64,000 nt of DNA, taken from contig CAVXXK010000006.1 of NCBI GenBank assembly GCA_963765675.1, positions 448,001-512,000 on the forward strand, given 5' to 3'. Below are positions 39,588-50,328 of this stretch, piece after piece. Position 1 is the stretch's first letter. The number at the start of each line of letters is the position of its first letter. The stretch is from an uncultured delta proteobacterium. GTDB lineage: Bacteria > Desulfobacterota > Binatia > Binatales > Binataceae. The position numbers and the translations under genes are program-made. The notes under the pieces were generated by a model, which was not told the DNA's origin, did no database searches, and saw only the letters and a program-made list of their open reading frames with translations.

Positions 39588-41186
39588 TCAGCGCGCGGTC
39601 CACTCGCTCTGATGGCCTAGTAGCGCGCGCGGCCAATTGATCGGAGGAGCCGCGAGCCCTCCCGGCACGCAGGTTCCCGGGCGCATCCAGAGGCACACCG
39701 GCCCGTTGCCCAGAACGATTTCAGGATTGTCCGCGTCACGGAAGCACTCCACGCGCTTGTAGCCATAGCGGCGCAGGTCCAGCCATCCGCGCACCAGCAT
39801 CGCGTTGGCATCCTGCGGATGCGCGAGGAAGCTTTGCCCGGTAAGTTGGTAGATTGTCACCCCAGGCGGCAGATGGCTGTAGCCGGGAGTATCGAGCCAC
39901 GAAACGCCAAGCAGTCCGACTCCGCAGATTTTCTTGTTCGCCGAGATCGCGCGGAACGCCGCCAACTGTCCGCTGCCATGCGTCCATAGCGTGCCAAAGG
40001 CCGACGATACCGCGATCGAGTACGAGACGATGCACCACAATGCGACGCCCGCGGCCGCGTCGAGGTTTGCGCCGAATGGTAATTCGCGCCGCGCCCGCAC
40101 CATCCGCGAGGTCTCGAGCACCGCGACGCCCAACAGCGTTGCGCTTAGCGGCATCGCAGGATAGAGGAATCTGAATTCCTGATGATTCAGGCTCGAGTGC
40201 GTCGCGAAGATCGCGATTGCAACGGCGAGCAAAAGCGGCAGCCGGCGTCCGCCGACGATCAATGCGGCCACGACCAGCACCGTCGCCCATCCCCAGACGT
40301 TCCAGAGCTGAACGGCCAGCCAGTAGTGCGGCACCACGCCAAATCCCTCCGCTATATGCATCCCGAGGTTCATCCAGACGTTCATCCACATGCTCCGGAA
40401 GAGCCCATGCCAGGTCACCAGGTCGAGCAGGCCGGAAAACAAAACCGGCGCGAGCGCGCCCGCGATGAGGGGAATCCATCGTGCGCGCAATTCACGCCGG
40501 CAGATCCAGATGACCGCGATTGCGATCGGGGGAGTGAGCTGAATTCGAATCGCGAAGACCAGCCCGAACAGCACGCCCGCCCAAAGCATCCGCCGGCGCG
40601 AGGCGGCCGGCCCGTCGGGATAGCCGAGGTAGAGCGCCACGATAAGGATATCGCCCGCGATCACGTCGGTGAGAGTGTGCGTCGAGAAATATACCAACTC
40701 CGCCCAAATCGAATTGACGAACGCGACCACGATCCCGCCGCGAGTACCGTCAATCCTGAAACCCCACAAAAATCCGCACGCGACCGCGGTCAGCGACGCC
40801 ATCGCCATGAAGATCGTGACGCATCCAGTCACAAAGCCCGGAGCGCCGCTGAAGATACGCGCGAATTCCATCACGCCCGCAATCACGCCGGGAAATATCC
40901 ACGATCTCGTTCCGACGGCAAATTCCCACGGCAGCAGCCCGGTGCCGAAGACAACTCGATGCGCCTGTTCGGTCACCTGGAAAATCTCGTCCGGATGGTT
41001 GATGCTCGGATAGGCGAACCCGGCGCCGAGCCGCAGGACGAACGCCCCGAGCATCAGCGCGACCATCGCGGCCGTCGTTTCCGGGAGCCACCCCGAACGC
41101 AGCGCCGCAGCCGCTTGCGCGCGCGCCGCCGAAGCTTTCGATCGGATAGCGCCGGGATGTTTTTTTTTGCTTCGCCGTTTACTCAT
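39588..41186 (-). CDS. GT-C membrane glycosyltransferase (Alg9/PIG-B mannosyltransferase-like)
   Basis: HPDEIFQVTEQAH, PWEF..GTRSW, HQEFRFLYP; many TM helices. Confidence 0.82.
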   Translation of the reverse strand: MSKRRSKKKHPGAIRSKASAARAQAAAALRSGWLPETTAAMVALMLGAFVLRLGAGFAYPSINHPDEIFQVTEQAHRVVFGTGLLPWEFAVGTRSWIFPGVIAGVMEFARIFSGAPGFVTGCVTIFMAMASLTAVACGFLWGFRIDGTRGGIVVAFVNSIWAELVYFSTHTLTDVIAGDILIVALYLGYPDGPAASRRRMLWAGVLFGLVFAIRIQLTPPIAIAVIWICRRELRARWIPLIAGALAPVLFSGLLDLVTWHGLFRSMWMNVWMNLGMHIAEGFGVVPHYWLAVQLWNVWGWATVLVVAALIVGGRRLPLLLAVAIAIFATHSSLNHQEFRFLYPAMPLSATLLGVAVLETSRMVRARRELPFGANLDAAAGVALWCIVSYSIAVSSAFGTLWTHGSGQLAAFRAISANKKICGVGLLGVSWLDTPGYSHLPPGVTIYQLTGQSFLAHPQDANAMLVRGWLDLRRYGYKRVECFRDADNPEIVLGNGPVCLWMRPGTCVPGGLAAPPINWPRALLGHQSEWTAR

Positions 41187-41286
41187 CGCCGCCGAATCCG
41201 CAAGGACTCAGCGAATCAATGTGGTACATCCGGCCACAATCTGAAAGATGCCGCCGAAAGAAACTTTCGATGCGTATCGGCTGCGC

Positions 41287-42966
41287 TCAGTTCTGGAACA
41301 GCGCGCGGACGATCGGCGTGACCATTTTCTCCGACGGCGCATCGCCGGCGATCTTATTCACGATCGCCCGCATCTTCGCACCCGATCCCCCGACTTGCGC
41401 GAGAATTAGCGGCACGTGGCCGTCCTGCCATTCGGCGCTCCCGTGCATCGAGTAGTGCGGGACCTCGCAGAAGTAATAGCGCTCGGAGATCGGCAGCGAC
41501 ATGCTCGCTTTCGAGAGCAGCAGAATATCGCCGGCGCGGTCTCCGTGCGGCCCGGCGCTGAGCCATCGCATCCGCTGGTCCAGGTTGATCAGGTCAGGCC
41601 GCGGATGCGCCATCAGGTATTGATAGATTGGCACCAGCCGCCCCTCATCATAAATTTGGTACTCTTTCGCCATTTGGCCGGGCGCGGCGGGCTCGCGCGC
41701 AAAGATCAGATCGATCGATCCCTTGAGTCCGGGTACGCCCGCACCGTTGCGGTTCGCCTCGTCAAATGCGCGCGCGATCGGCATCACGTCCTGTTGCAGG
41801 CGCGCTGGCCGCGACCAATCGCACTTCTGCCCAGGCGCTGCGCAGGTCGAACGATCGGCGAGATAGATGTAAGCCATGAAGCCCTGGTAGGCGAGCACCG
41901 CCTGAAAGTCATCTTCGTCGGTAGTAACTTTTACCGTCGGTTTGCGTACGCGAAAGCCCTGCTGACGCACCAGCTCGAACGGCGTGTCTTTTCCGGTCGC
42001 GGCGAGCGCGTGCACGTGATCGTTCATCACCGGGATATGCCCATGGTCCGCGATGAACATCACGTAGGTTCCGTCGAGGGCATTGTCCTTGCGATACAGA
42101 TCGAGGACTTCGCCGACGCCTTTGTCCGTGATCTTTTCGAGGTAGTCGACCTCGGAGTTCAGAGGGTCTTTCGCCTCGTGCGTGTAGATATCGATTCCGG
42201 GGAAATAAACCACTTGCAGATTCGGAATGCCGTGCTCATTTATCGCGTCGAGCAGCTTCGGCACAGAATCGAGATCGATATCCGCGCTGAGCGACTTCTC
42301 CGCGGACTCGCCCTGCGCTTTGCCCGCGAGCAATCCGGCGATCATCCCGACCAGCGAACTCGGCGCGACCGTCGTATAAAGCGTCGCGCCCTTGTACACC
42401 GACAGCAGCGAGACATTCGAGCGTCCGGGAATCTGGGCATAGAGCGTGGGCGTCGCGAGCGCGCGTCCAACCAGGTCGTCATCTACGACCTTGGTCAGAT
42501 CGGTCGTGTCCTCTACCGAGACCGGCACCGGCGCATAGAAGCCCATCGTGCGGCGCTCGAACCATTCGTCGCCGGTCACGCCATCCCACGCCGGCGGCTG
42601 GCCGGTGAAGATCGAAGACCAATTTGCGATCGTGCTCGAGGGCAGAAGGCTCAGCGCCTTGGGCGCGCTGTAGGCGTGCTCGTAAAGACCGTCGCCCTCA
42701 TCTTTGCCCAGCACCGACGCCATGTTCGGCGCCTTGCCCGATTCGATGGCGGCCTTGAGCTGATTGTAGCCCGCGCCGTCGAGCGCAAAGATAATCACGC
42801 GCGGCGTCGCGAGGGCTTCTGGCTCGTGATGCTTCAGCTGCTGCTCACCGCCAGTGCTAAGCGTCTTGGCGACGAGACCACACGCGGCGATCGTGGTTAC
42901 CATGGTCGCCAGCAACCCGGCAAAGAGGTATTCGCGCCGGAGAAGGTTCGTGGAAGTCAGGTGCAT
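41287..42966 (-). CDS. Alkaline phosphatase superfamily (NPP/phosphodiesterase-like) lipoprotein
   Basis: IIFALDG, PSSTIANWSSIFTG, GIDIYTH, IADHGH, SMHGS. Confidence 0.85.
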   Translation of the reverse strand: MHLTSTNLLRREYLFAGLLATMVTTIAACGLVAKTLSTGGEQQLKHHEPEALATPRVIIFALDGAGYNQLKAAIESGKAPNMASVLGKDEGDGLYEHAYSAPKALSLLPSSTIANWSSIFTGQPPAWDGVTGDEWFERRTMGFYAPVPVSVEDTTDLTKVVDDDLVGRALATPTLYAQIPGRSNVSLLSVYKGATLYTTVAPSSLVGMIAGLLAGKAQGESAEKSLSADIDLDSVPKLLDAINEHGIPNLQVVYFPGIDIYTHEAKDPLNSEVDYLEKITDKGVGEVLDLYRKDNALDGTYVMFIADHGHIPVMNDHVHALAATGKDTPFELVRQQGFRVRKPTVKVTTDEDDFQAVLAYQGFMAYIYLADRSTCAAPGQKCDWSRPARLQQDVMPIARAFDEANRNGAGVPGLKGSIDLIFAREPAAPGQMAKEYQIYDEGRLVPIYQYLMAHPRPDLINLDQRMRWLSAGPHGDRAGDILLLSKASMSLPISERYYFCEVPHYSMHGSAEWQDGHVPLILAQVGGSGAKMRAIVNKIAGDAPSEKMVTPIVRALFQN

Positions 42967-43056
42967 GTGGAAGAGAATCCTCTGAGTCGTTGGGCATCAG
43001 GCTAGCCGGAGGACAAGGACGCTCACAAGAGAATTTCATCAATCGCGACAACTCAA

Positions 43057-43215
43057 TTCGAAGAGCTGATTGCGCCGGCGGATGCCGCGCCCTTCCGAGG
43101 GATGGGACTTCAGCCATGTGCGCGGACGCTTAGTGCAGGCTCCGCTTCCGTTTAACTACCTCGACGTGCTGCGGCGCTTGAGCATCGTGACCTCGATGCT
43201 GGATCTCGGCACCGT
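43057..43215 (+). pseudogene. Frameshifted N-terminal remnant of a SAM methyltransferase
   Basis: FEELIAPADAAPF, then a frameshift, then GWDFSHVRGRLVQAPLPFNY...SMLDLGT; similarity ends at motif I. Confidence 0.55.
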
Positions 43216-43276
43216 ACGTGGGTTCGTTTATCGGCGCGGTTTTGGGGTAGGCGCGACGCGATGTTAGAATCGCATC

Positions 43277-44110
43277 ATGGCGGCAGCATCAAAGACAGAT
43301 CATCACCTGGTTGCGGGACGGCTCGAGATTGGAAAATTCTCGCTCTACTACGAGACCGCGGGAAGCGGTCCCGCGTTGATCTTTCTGCACGGCCTCGGCG
43401 GGAACCATCTGTCGTGGTGGCAGCAGGTGCCGTACTTCATGCGATGGTACACCTGCGTTACCGTCGATCAGCGCAGCTTCGGGATGTCGCCCGATCCCGA
43501 AGGCCTCTTCAACCAGGCGCACGGCTCGGACCTCGCGCGCCTGCTGGACCATCTGAAACTCGACAAGGCGGTATTGGTCGGGCAATCGATGGGAGGATGG
43601 ACGATCGTCGGCTGCGCGCTTGAGCATCGCGATCGAATCGCCGGGATGGTGATGGCGGACACGCCCGGCGGAATCTTCACGCCGGAGATGAGATTTCCGC
43701 AGACGCCGCCGCGAGCGCCGTTCGGCACCCCGACCGCGATCGGCAAGCTGCCGACCTACGCGGAGGATTTCTTTCTCCGCAATCGCGAGCTCGCGTTCCT
43801 GTATGACTCGCTGATGATCCTGGGCGCGCGGCCGCCCGCCGACGCGATGCAGCGGCTTGGCGCGTCGCGCTATGACCTCGATCGCGCAAAAGCGCAGCTC
43901 ACGATGCCGGTCCTGTGCGTAGTCGGAGAGGAAGATGCGCTCATTCCGGCCGCGATGATCGAGCGGCTTGCGGCGTGGCTGCCCGACGGGCGCTTCGCGA
44001 GCGTTCCGCACTGCGGCCATTCGGTCTATTTCGAGCAGGCGGCGGTCTTCAATCAGCTCGTGCGCGATTTCCTGATCGACATAAAGTACGGGAAATCCGC
44101 CGGCGCGTAG
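43277..44110 (+). CDS. Alpha/beta hydrolase
   Basis: IFLHGLGG, GQSMGG nucleophile elbow, GEED, CGHSVYFE. Confidence 0.92.
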   Translation: MAAASKTDHHLVAGRLEIGKFSLYYETAGSGPALIFLHGLGGNHLSWWQQVPYFMRWYTCVTVDQRSFGMSPDPEGLFNQAHGSDLARLLDHLKLDKAVLVGQSMGGWTIVGCALEHRDRIAGMVMADTPGGIFTPEMRFPQTPPRAPFGTPTAIGKLPTYAEDFFLRNRELAFLYDSLMILGARPPADAMQRLGASRYDLDRAKAQLTMPVLCVVGEEDALIPAAMIERLAAWLPDGRFASVPHCGHSVYFEQAAVFNQLVRDFLIDIKYGKSAGA

Positions 44111-44167
44111 AGTACGAACGGCGGAGACGCCGCTGCACGACGCGCGGACTCGGTGCACGGACGCTCC

Positions 44168-44273
44168 GGGATTTCTCGCCTATGGCTCGAAATGACGATT
44201 GGGGGCTGGGCTGAAGCTAAGAGATTGATTCGCCAAGCGCACATCCGTCATTTCGACCGAAGGGAGAAATCCC
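44168..44273. repeat. REP-like inverted pair (GTCATTTCGA...GAGAAATCC family)
   Basis: GGGATTTCTCGCCTATGGCTCGAAATGACG and CGTCATTTCGACCGAAGGGAGAAATCCC are imperfect reverse complements. Confidence 0.75.
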
Positions 44274-44413
44274 GAGGCGGTCATGCACTCGCACGCGAGT
44301 CGCGTAAGGGCCTAGGGTCGAGTCCTCGCGCTTCGCAACACGCGGCAACCACAACGGAGAGAGCGATTTCAGCTCAATTGTCGCACACGCCTGTCAGGCA
44401 TATACTTTAACTG

Positions 44414-45184
44414 ATGCGCCAGGTTGTCTACGCCGCGATTTGTGTCCTGCTGGCGATGGCGCTGCCATCGTGTATGCAGCCACCCACCTCGGGCGGGATG
44501 GCTGCACCGGTCGGCTCGACCGGATATAGCGCCGCCACTCCGGCGCAAATGATCTACACGCCGCATCCCGCACCGCCGCCGCTCAAGAACGCGACCGTTG
44601 ATCAAACCCAAAGCCAGGCCCTGACCGATTATTTAAAGAACCATCGCCTGCCGCTTGTTGGAGCGCAGGTGCTGGCCGCTCCGGACGGCGAGCGTCAAGT
44701 GATCCTGTTCGGATACGTTGCCAGCGGCTACGGCAAGCAGGACGCCGAGAACAAGGCGCACGCCTACATGAAAGATACGGCGGTCACCGTCGATAACCGG
44801 ATCACGATTCAGCCCGAACTCGCCAGCGCGAACGCTCCGCCCGGCAACGCCTCGACGCCATCAGGCAGCAGCAACTCGTCCTCGCAGAGCTTCTACGATC
44901 CATCGCTCGGCAACGCGCAACAATACCAGCAGCAATCGGCGCAAGATCCGTACTCGAACTATCAGTCGTACCAGTCGCAGAGTTCCAGTCCGAGTATGAT
45001 GAGCACGCTCGTTCCGCTGCTTGGGATGTTCGGCGGATCGTTCGGTAGCGGAGGCATGAGCGGCGGATCATTCGGCGGCTTCGGCACCGGGTACGGATCA
45101 TACGGCGGGATGGGCTATCCGACTTACCCGCCAGCGCCCGCACCGGGATGGGGCCCCGCACCACCCTACCCTCCTTATCCTTAA
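44414..45184 (+). CDS. Lipoprotein with a BON-like domain and a low-complexity Gln/Ser/Gly/Pro/Tyr tail
   Basis: Lipobox LPSC; QVILFGYVASGYGKQDAE...VDNRITI is BON-like. Confidence 0.7.
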   Translation: MRQVVYAAICVLLAMALPSCMQPPTSGGMAAPVGSTGYSAATPAQMIYTPHPAPPPLKNATVDQTQSQALTDYLKNHRLPLVGAQVLAAPDGERQVILFGYVASGYGKQDAENKAHAYMKDTAVTVDNRITIQPELASANAPPGNASTPSGSSNSSSQSFYDPSLGNAQQYQQQSAQDPYSNYQSYQSQSSSPSMMSTLVPLLGMFGGSFGSGGMSGGSFGGFGTGYGSYGGMGYPTYPPAPAPGWGPAPPYPPYP

Positions 45185-45199
45185 AATCGCGCGACGCGA

Positions 45200-45988
45200 T
45201 CACTCGGCGAGCTTGAAGCGCTCGCCCAGAAACACCTGCCGTACCTGATCGCTGGCGACGATCGCGTCGGGCGGTCCTTCGATCAAAATCTGTCCGCCAT
45301 GAATCACGTATGCGCGATCGATGATCGACAGCGCCGCGTGAACATTGTGATCCGACATCAGGATGCCGATGCCGCGCTCGCGCAGGTACGAAATGATGCG
45401 CTGGATCTCGACCACCGTGATCGGATCGATTCCCGCAAACGGCTCGTCCAGGCACAGGAACGACGGGTTCAAAACCAGGGCGCGCGTGATTTCGACCTTG
45501 CGCCGCTCTCCGCCCGAGAGCACTCCCGCCTTGGTATGGCGCAGGCGCGTGATATCAAGCTCATCGAGCAGCGATTGCAGCCGGCTTTCGCGCTCCTCCT
45601 GCGTGAGCGGCAGCGTCTCGAGCACCGCGAGCAGGTTCTGCTCGACGGTCAGCTTGCGAAATACCGAAGGCTCCTGCGGCAGATAGCTGATCCCGCGCCG
45701 CGCGCGTTGATAAAGCGGCAGCATCGTAATCTCATCTTCGCCCAGCAGCACGCGGCCGCGGTCGGGCTTGACGAGTCCAACCAGCATGTAAAAGGTCGTG
45801 GTCTTGCCCGCGCCATTAGGCCCAAGCATTCCGACCACTTCGCCCGGGTCGACGTGCACCGCGACGTTGTCGACCACGGTGCGCGCGCCGTAGATCTTTG
45901 TCAGTCCTTCTCCCCGCAGGATTTCCTTCGCGGGCGAGCCGAGCACACCCGCACGATCGCGAGGCCGGAGCTGTTCAACTTTTGCCAT
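45200..45988 (-). CDS. lptB: LPS export ABC ATPase
   Basis: GPNGAGKTTTFYM, GISYLPQEPSVFRKL, LSGGERRKVEI, LDEPFAGIDP, DHNV, VFLGERF. Confidence 0.95.
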   Translation of the reverse strand: MAKVEQLRPRDRAGVLGSPAKEILRGEGLTKIYGARTVVDNVAVHVDPGEVVGMLGPNGAGKTTTFYMLVGLVKPDRGRVLLGEDEITMLPLYQRARRGISYLPQEPSVFRKLTVEQNLLAVLETLPLTQEERESRLQSLLDELDITRLRHTKAGVLSGGERRKVEITRALVLNPSFLCLDEPFAGIDPITVVEIQRIISYLRERGIGILMSDHNVHAALSIIDRAYVIHGGQILIEGPPDAIVASDQVRQVFLGERFKLAE

Positions 45989-46044
45989 GGGGCTTCACAG
46001 CGCATTATACGCCATCCGAAAGTATTATAGGCTTTCTGCCGAAT

Positions 46045-46656
46045 ATGAAACGTCACCCGCCGTCGAAACTCCCGCGGGAGTTCTACACCCAACCGGTCCT
46101 GACCATCGCGCGCGAGGCAATCGGCAAGGTCCTGGTGCATCGCAGCGCCGACGGCGAGGCCGCCGGACGTATCGTCGAGACTGAAGCTTATCGCGGACCG
46201 CTCGACCTGGCATCGCACAGTTCCAGGGGCCTCACTCGGCGCACGGCCGCGATGTTCGGCCCCCCGGGCCACGCGTACGTCTATTTGTTGTATGGAGTGA
46301 GTTGGGCGATGAACCTGGTGACGGCGCCCGCGGGTACGCCCCATGCGGTACTGATTCGCGCGCTCGAACCCGTCCGCGGCCTGGAGCTGATGGCGCGTCG
46401 CCGCCGCCGTTCATCCGACTCGCGCGATTTAACCAACGGACCGGGCAAGCTGACCCACGCGCTTGGAATTACCAGCGCGCAATACGGCTTCGATCTGTGC
46501 GGCGACGTGCTCTACCTAGAAGACGACGAGCATCGACGCGGCAGGATCGGGCGCTCGCGGCGGATCAACGTCGCGTACGCAGGCCGATGGGCGGAGAAGC
46601 CGTGGCGTTTCTATGAACGAGGAAACCGGTACGTGTCGGTGCAGCCGCGCGACTAG
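46045..46656 (+). CDS. DNA-3-methyladenine glycosylase (MPG/AAG family)
   Basis: GRIVETEAY, MFGPPGHAYVY..YG, AVLIRALEP, LTNGPGKL, PWRF. Confidence 0.93.
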   Translation: MKRHPPSKLPREFYTQPVLTIAREAIGKVLVHRSADGEAAGRIVETEAYRGPLDLASHSSRGLTRRTAAMFGPPGHAYVYLLYGVSWAMNLVTAPAGTPHAVLIRALEPVRGLELMARRRRRSSDSRDLTNGPGKLTHALGITSAQYGFDLCGDVLYLEDDEHRRGRIGRSRRINVAYAGRWAEKPWRFYERGNRYVSVQPRD

Positions 46657-47591
46657 ACGCTGATCGCATCGCGCGATTCGACTCGTCGTGCGGCACGTGG
46701 CATCGCAGGCATGGACGAAAGCTTCCAGCGCGAGAGATCGACACCGATCAGATCCTCGAGCGCGACTATCTCGGGCCGAAAGCGCTCGCGCACTCGCCGC
46801 TCAACTCCCGGATCGAGAACCGGAAACGGTTCGCCGCCACCGAAGGTGAAATCCCAGAATCCCAATCGATCGAGCAGATCGATCGTCCGGTAGGCGCGAT
46901 GATTTCGCAAGCTGCTCAGCCAGCGCTGCGCCTTGCGCGCGCGTTTCCGATTGCGCGCAGGCCGCTCGATCGAATTGATCGCGCGCTTGGCGGGTTGTGA
47001 ATGCTTCAAACCGATCGGCGCGATTCCGATGAAGCCGCAGATCCGGTCCAGATAAGCCTGAGGATTGTCGCGCAGCTCGTCGTAAAATGTGATCAGGACC
47101 GCCTCGCGCCCGAGGCGCTGAAACCAATTGGTCAGATGAAACGCGTACCTACTCCCCTCCGCGATATTCTGATGCGCGGTCAGCGATTCCTCAAAGCTCA
47201 GCCGCGTGGTCCCGTAATAACGCCGCATCCGGTAGAACGACCACGCACGATCGACCGGGTCACGCACCGTGCAGATTATCTTGCATCCCGGAATGTGTTT
47301 CGCGATCCGCTCGGGCGCTCGCGTATCAGCGAAGTACGGACAGACTTCACCTGCAATGCTTCCGGGACCCGCGCCGCGGAAATGCCACGCATACCAATCG
47401 ATTCCAAGACCATACCTGGAGCTGAAGAAGGACGTCTCCTTGGTCCCTTGCGGAAGCACGACTCCAGGCGCGAGTGCATGATGCAACCAGGTGGTCCCGG
47501 TGCGAGCCGGCCCGATCCCGATAAATTCCGGCAGCCGACGACCTTGATCGCCGCTACCTCGATGCGTGCCGTTTTTCGATTGCGCCGCCAA
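46653..47591 (-). CDS. Sulfotransferase family protein
   Basis: 5'-PSB motif IGPARTGTTWL, KETSFF, 3'-PB motif RDPVDRAWS. Confidence 0.88.
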   Translation of the reverse strand: MAAQSKNGTHRGSGDQGRRLPEFIGIGPARTGTTWLHHALAPGVVLPQGTKETSFFSSRYGLGIDWYAWHFRGAGPGSIAGEVCPYFADTRAPERIAKHIPGCKIICTVRDPVDRAWSFYRMRRYYGTTRLSFEESLTAHQNIAEGSRYAFHLTNWFQRLGREAVLITFYDELRDNPQAYLDRICGFIGIAPIGLKHSQPAKRAINSIERPARNRKRARKAQRWLSSLRNHRAYRTIDLLDRLGFWDFTFGGGEPFPVLDPGVERRVRERFRPEIVALEDLIGVDLSRWKLSSMPAMPRAARRVESRDAISV

Positions 47592-47745
47592 TTATCGCAT
47601 CCATCAACCAGTAATCTCGGTCTGAAAACCAGATTACGATTTGTTAATGATCGGTTTCGACGCAACCTTAACATTTTGTAATAAACATGCAAATACCCAG
47701 CAATAACGCGAACAAACGGCGAATCTAAGACCAATATAGATGCAA

Positions 47746-48993
47746 TCAGCTCGCCTGGGACGGCGCTTCGTCTGACGGGCGCACATGGCGGAACTGTCGC
47801 AGTAGGAGAAAATCGTAGAGAATTTTGATCGATCCGGCGCAGATAAGCGGCCATCCAAAGACCGAGTAATCGAGCATCACACCCGCGGGCAGCGGCGAAA
47901 ATGCCGACGCGAGGCTGCGCGGCACGTTGGTCACTCCTGCGGCCGCCGCACGCTCTTCGGGTGGCACTACCGCCATCACATACGATTGCCGCGCGGGCAC
48001 GTCCATCGAAGACAGCAGGGAGCGCAGCAGCAGAAAGACGATTGCCAGTTTGAGATTCGGCATCACTCCCGCGAGGATCAGAAAAACATTCGCCGGCAGG
48101 TGCGTAAATACCATCGTGTTGATCCGCCCGAAGCGCGCCGCGATCGACGACGATAAAAATTGGGACAATGCGCCGAGCAATCCGGCAAAGAAAAAAAACG
48201 AACCCGCCGCCGCGACCGACATGTCGAAGCGCCGGAAGAGCCACAGCGCGAGCAGCGATTGGACCGTGAAGCCGCCGCCGAACGAGTCCAGGCTGAACAG
48301 CATCGACAGTTTGATCACGATCGATCGCGAGCGCGCCAGCGGTTTCGTCGCCGCTGGAAGTGGCGCGGTTTCGATTGCCGCACTGAGCGAGGAATAGATT
48401 ATCGCTGCGATGACCGCGAGCGCCGAATAGACGAAGAATCCGGAGCGTTCCGCACCCGCCAGCGTCCATCCCATTCGTGGAGCAATCGCCGAGGGCAACC
48501 CGCTCGCGAGGGCGCCGAACGCACCCGCGAATGCGCCGCCGACATTGTATAGCGAAAACGCCGCGGTCAGATCGGAGCTGACCACCGTCTCCGCCAGCGC
48601 GGCCTGCTCGACCGGCAAAAACAGGCTCACGTCGCCGGCCGAGGGATTGAGCGTACCGATTAGCGCGACCGCGAAAATCACCCAGAAGCTTCGCGCGTCT
48701 GCAAATCCGAGCCCGGTTGCGAACATCAGCGCGGCCGCAGCCAGCAGCACCGGCTTTCTGCCAATACGATGGCTCGCCAGCCCGACCCACAGCGTTAATG
48801 CGGCGGAGCCGAGCAGCGTGCCGAACACGATCGCGCCAACCTGCGCGGCGGAAAACTCGAGTGCCAGCAGGTAGCTCGGCAGGAGCACGCTGACCAGTCC
48901 GTCGCCGAAGCCGCGTAGCGCGCGCGTCGCCAGAATCCGGCGCGAGTCAGCCGTCGCGCTCTTGGGAATCCATCGCCCTGACTTTATCGGCAT
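47746..48993 (-). CDS. MFS transporter
   Basis: About 12 TM; HRIGRK loop, GTLNPSAGDVSLFLPVEQA, SMDVPARQSYVMAVV. Confidence 0.9.
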   Translation of the reverse strand: MPIKSGRWIPKSATADSRRILATRALRGFGDGLVSVLLPSYLLALEFSAAQVGAIVFGTLLGSAALTLWVGLASHRIGRKPVLLAAAALMFATGLGFADARSFWVIFAVALIGTLNPSAGDVSLFLPVEQAALAETVVSSDLTAAFSLYNVGGAFAGAFGALASGLPSAIAPRMGWTLAGAERSGFFVYSALAVIAAIIYSSLSAAIETAPLPAATKPLARSRSIVIKLSMLFSLDSFGGGFTVQSLLALWLFRRFDMSVAAAGSFFFFAGLLGALSQFLSSSIAARFGRINTMVFTHLPANVFLILAGVMPNLKLAIVFLLLRSLLSSMDVPARQSYVMAVVPPEERAAAAGVTNVPRSLASAFSPLPAGVMLDYSVFGWPLICAGSIKILYDFLLLRQFRHVRPSDEAPSQAS

Positions 48994-49133
48994 CGGTTCG
49001 TCTTGATCTTTGCAAGAACCCCGATATCTCGCACGGCGTCGCCAACGGTTCAATGACCAACTCCCGCTCGCAGACGTCTTCTTGCCCGGCGCGCAATCCC
49101 GTATTTTGTCCCAGAGGAAAAAGCGTGCAGGAC

Positions 49134-50286
49134 ATGAGATTGGCATGGTACGCGCGCGCGGGGGTCGTCGTCGCGATGCTGCTTGCTTGCTCGCAATGTG
49201 CCGGCGTCGCGCCTGCTCCAGCCAGATCGACGGCTCCGTTGATTGCCGGATGCACCGTCGTCTTGCGCGCCGGCGCCTCGATCAACGCCGCGCTATCGGT
49301 AGCGGCGCCAGGAACGTCGATATGCCTCGATGACGGTTTCTATACTCCCGCGCTATTCACCCGCTCGGGCGCTCCAGGAGCGTGGATCACGCTTCGGGCG
49401 GTGAATCCCGGCAAAGCGACGATCATCGCTGTGGGAAAATCAGCCCAGGCCGTCAATCTGAATGCTCAGAGCTACATCGAGGTCAGAGACCTGGTCGTTG
49501 ACGGTGGATCATTTGGAATCGTGTCGTCGGGATTCGCGCATCATACCCGCGTCATCGGCAACGAGGTTAAGTTCACCGCCGCCAGCGGAATCCAGCTCAA
49601 CGACGGCGACTACCGTGACATCGAGCACAACCGCGTCCACGATTGCGCCAAAGGATGGAGCGGCAGCGGATCGGGCATTTCGATTTATCAACCGAAAGCG
49701 TCTGATCATGCGGCGGGCTCGCACAATGTCATCAGCTACAACCTCTCTTACAACAACGCCAATCCTCCCGGCGGCACCGACGGCAACGGGATCATCTTTG
49801 ACGACGGCAATCACACCCAGTCCGACAATCGCGCGTACCGAGGAAACCGCTGATCGAGGAAAATATCGTCTATGGAAACGGCGGCGGCGGGATCAACGTG
49901 TATCAGTCCTCGCACGTGATCGTGCGTAACAACACCGCGTACTGGAATCACGCGGTGACGACCAACCGAGCGGATGGCGCGGAGAGCTGCAAGACGAGTA
50001 CTGCTCGGGCCTCGTGTGGGTCAATAATATCGCGTGGGCAAATCTGCGTTTCAACTGGCGCAACTCGGCGACGGTGCAGGCCGGAAGCGCGATGGTCTGG
50101 AAGAACAATCTCGAATTCAACGGCATCAAGGGCGTCAATCCGAAGCTCGCGAATCCTCCCATCGACATGACTCCGCTGCCCGGCTCGCCCGCGATCGGCG
50201 CCGGCACCAAAGCCTACGGAGTTCCGGAAACCGACTTCTATGGAAAGCCGTGGGGAGCCACGATCGGAATCGGCGCAGTGAAGTAG
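49134..50286 (+). pseudogene. Right-handed beta-helix (pectin-lyase-like) secreted protein broken by two frameshifts
   Basis: Continuous protein across three frames: ...TDGNGIIFDD..AY / LIEENIVYGNGGGGINVYQSSHVIVRNNTAYWN / WRGELQDEYCSGLVWVNNIAW...GSPAIGAG...IGAVK*. Confidence 0.75.
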
Positions 50287-50328
50287 ATCACCGCGCCGAT
50301 TCCCCCGTCGATCGATCTGACAAACTGC

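Noticed and set aside
47611-47637. GTAATCTCGGT...ACCAGATTAC dyad upstream of the sulfotransferase
   Set aside because: Single imperfect palindrome with no cognate regulator nearby.
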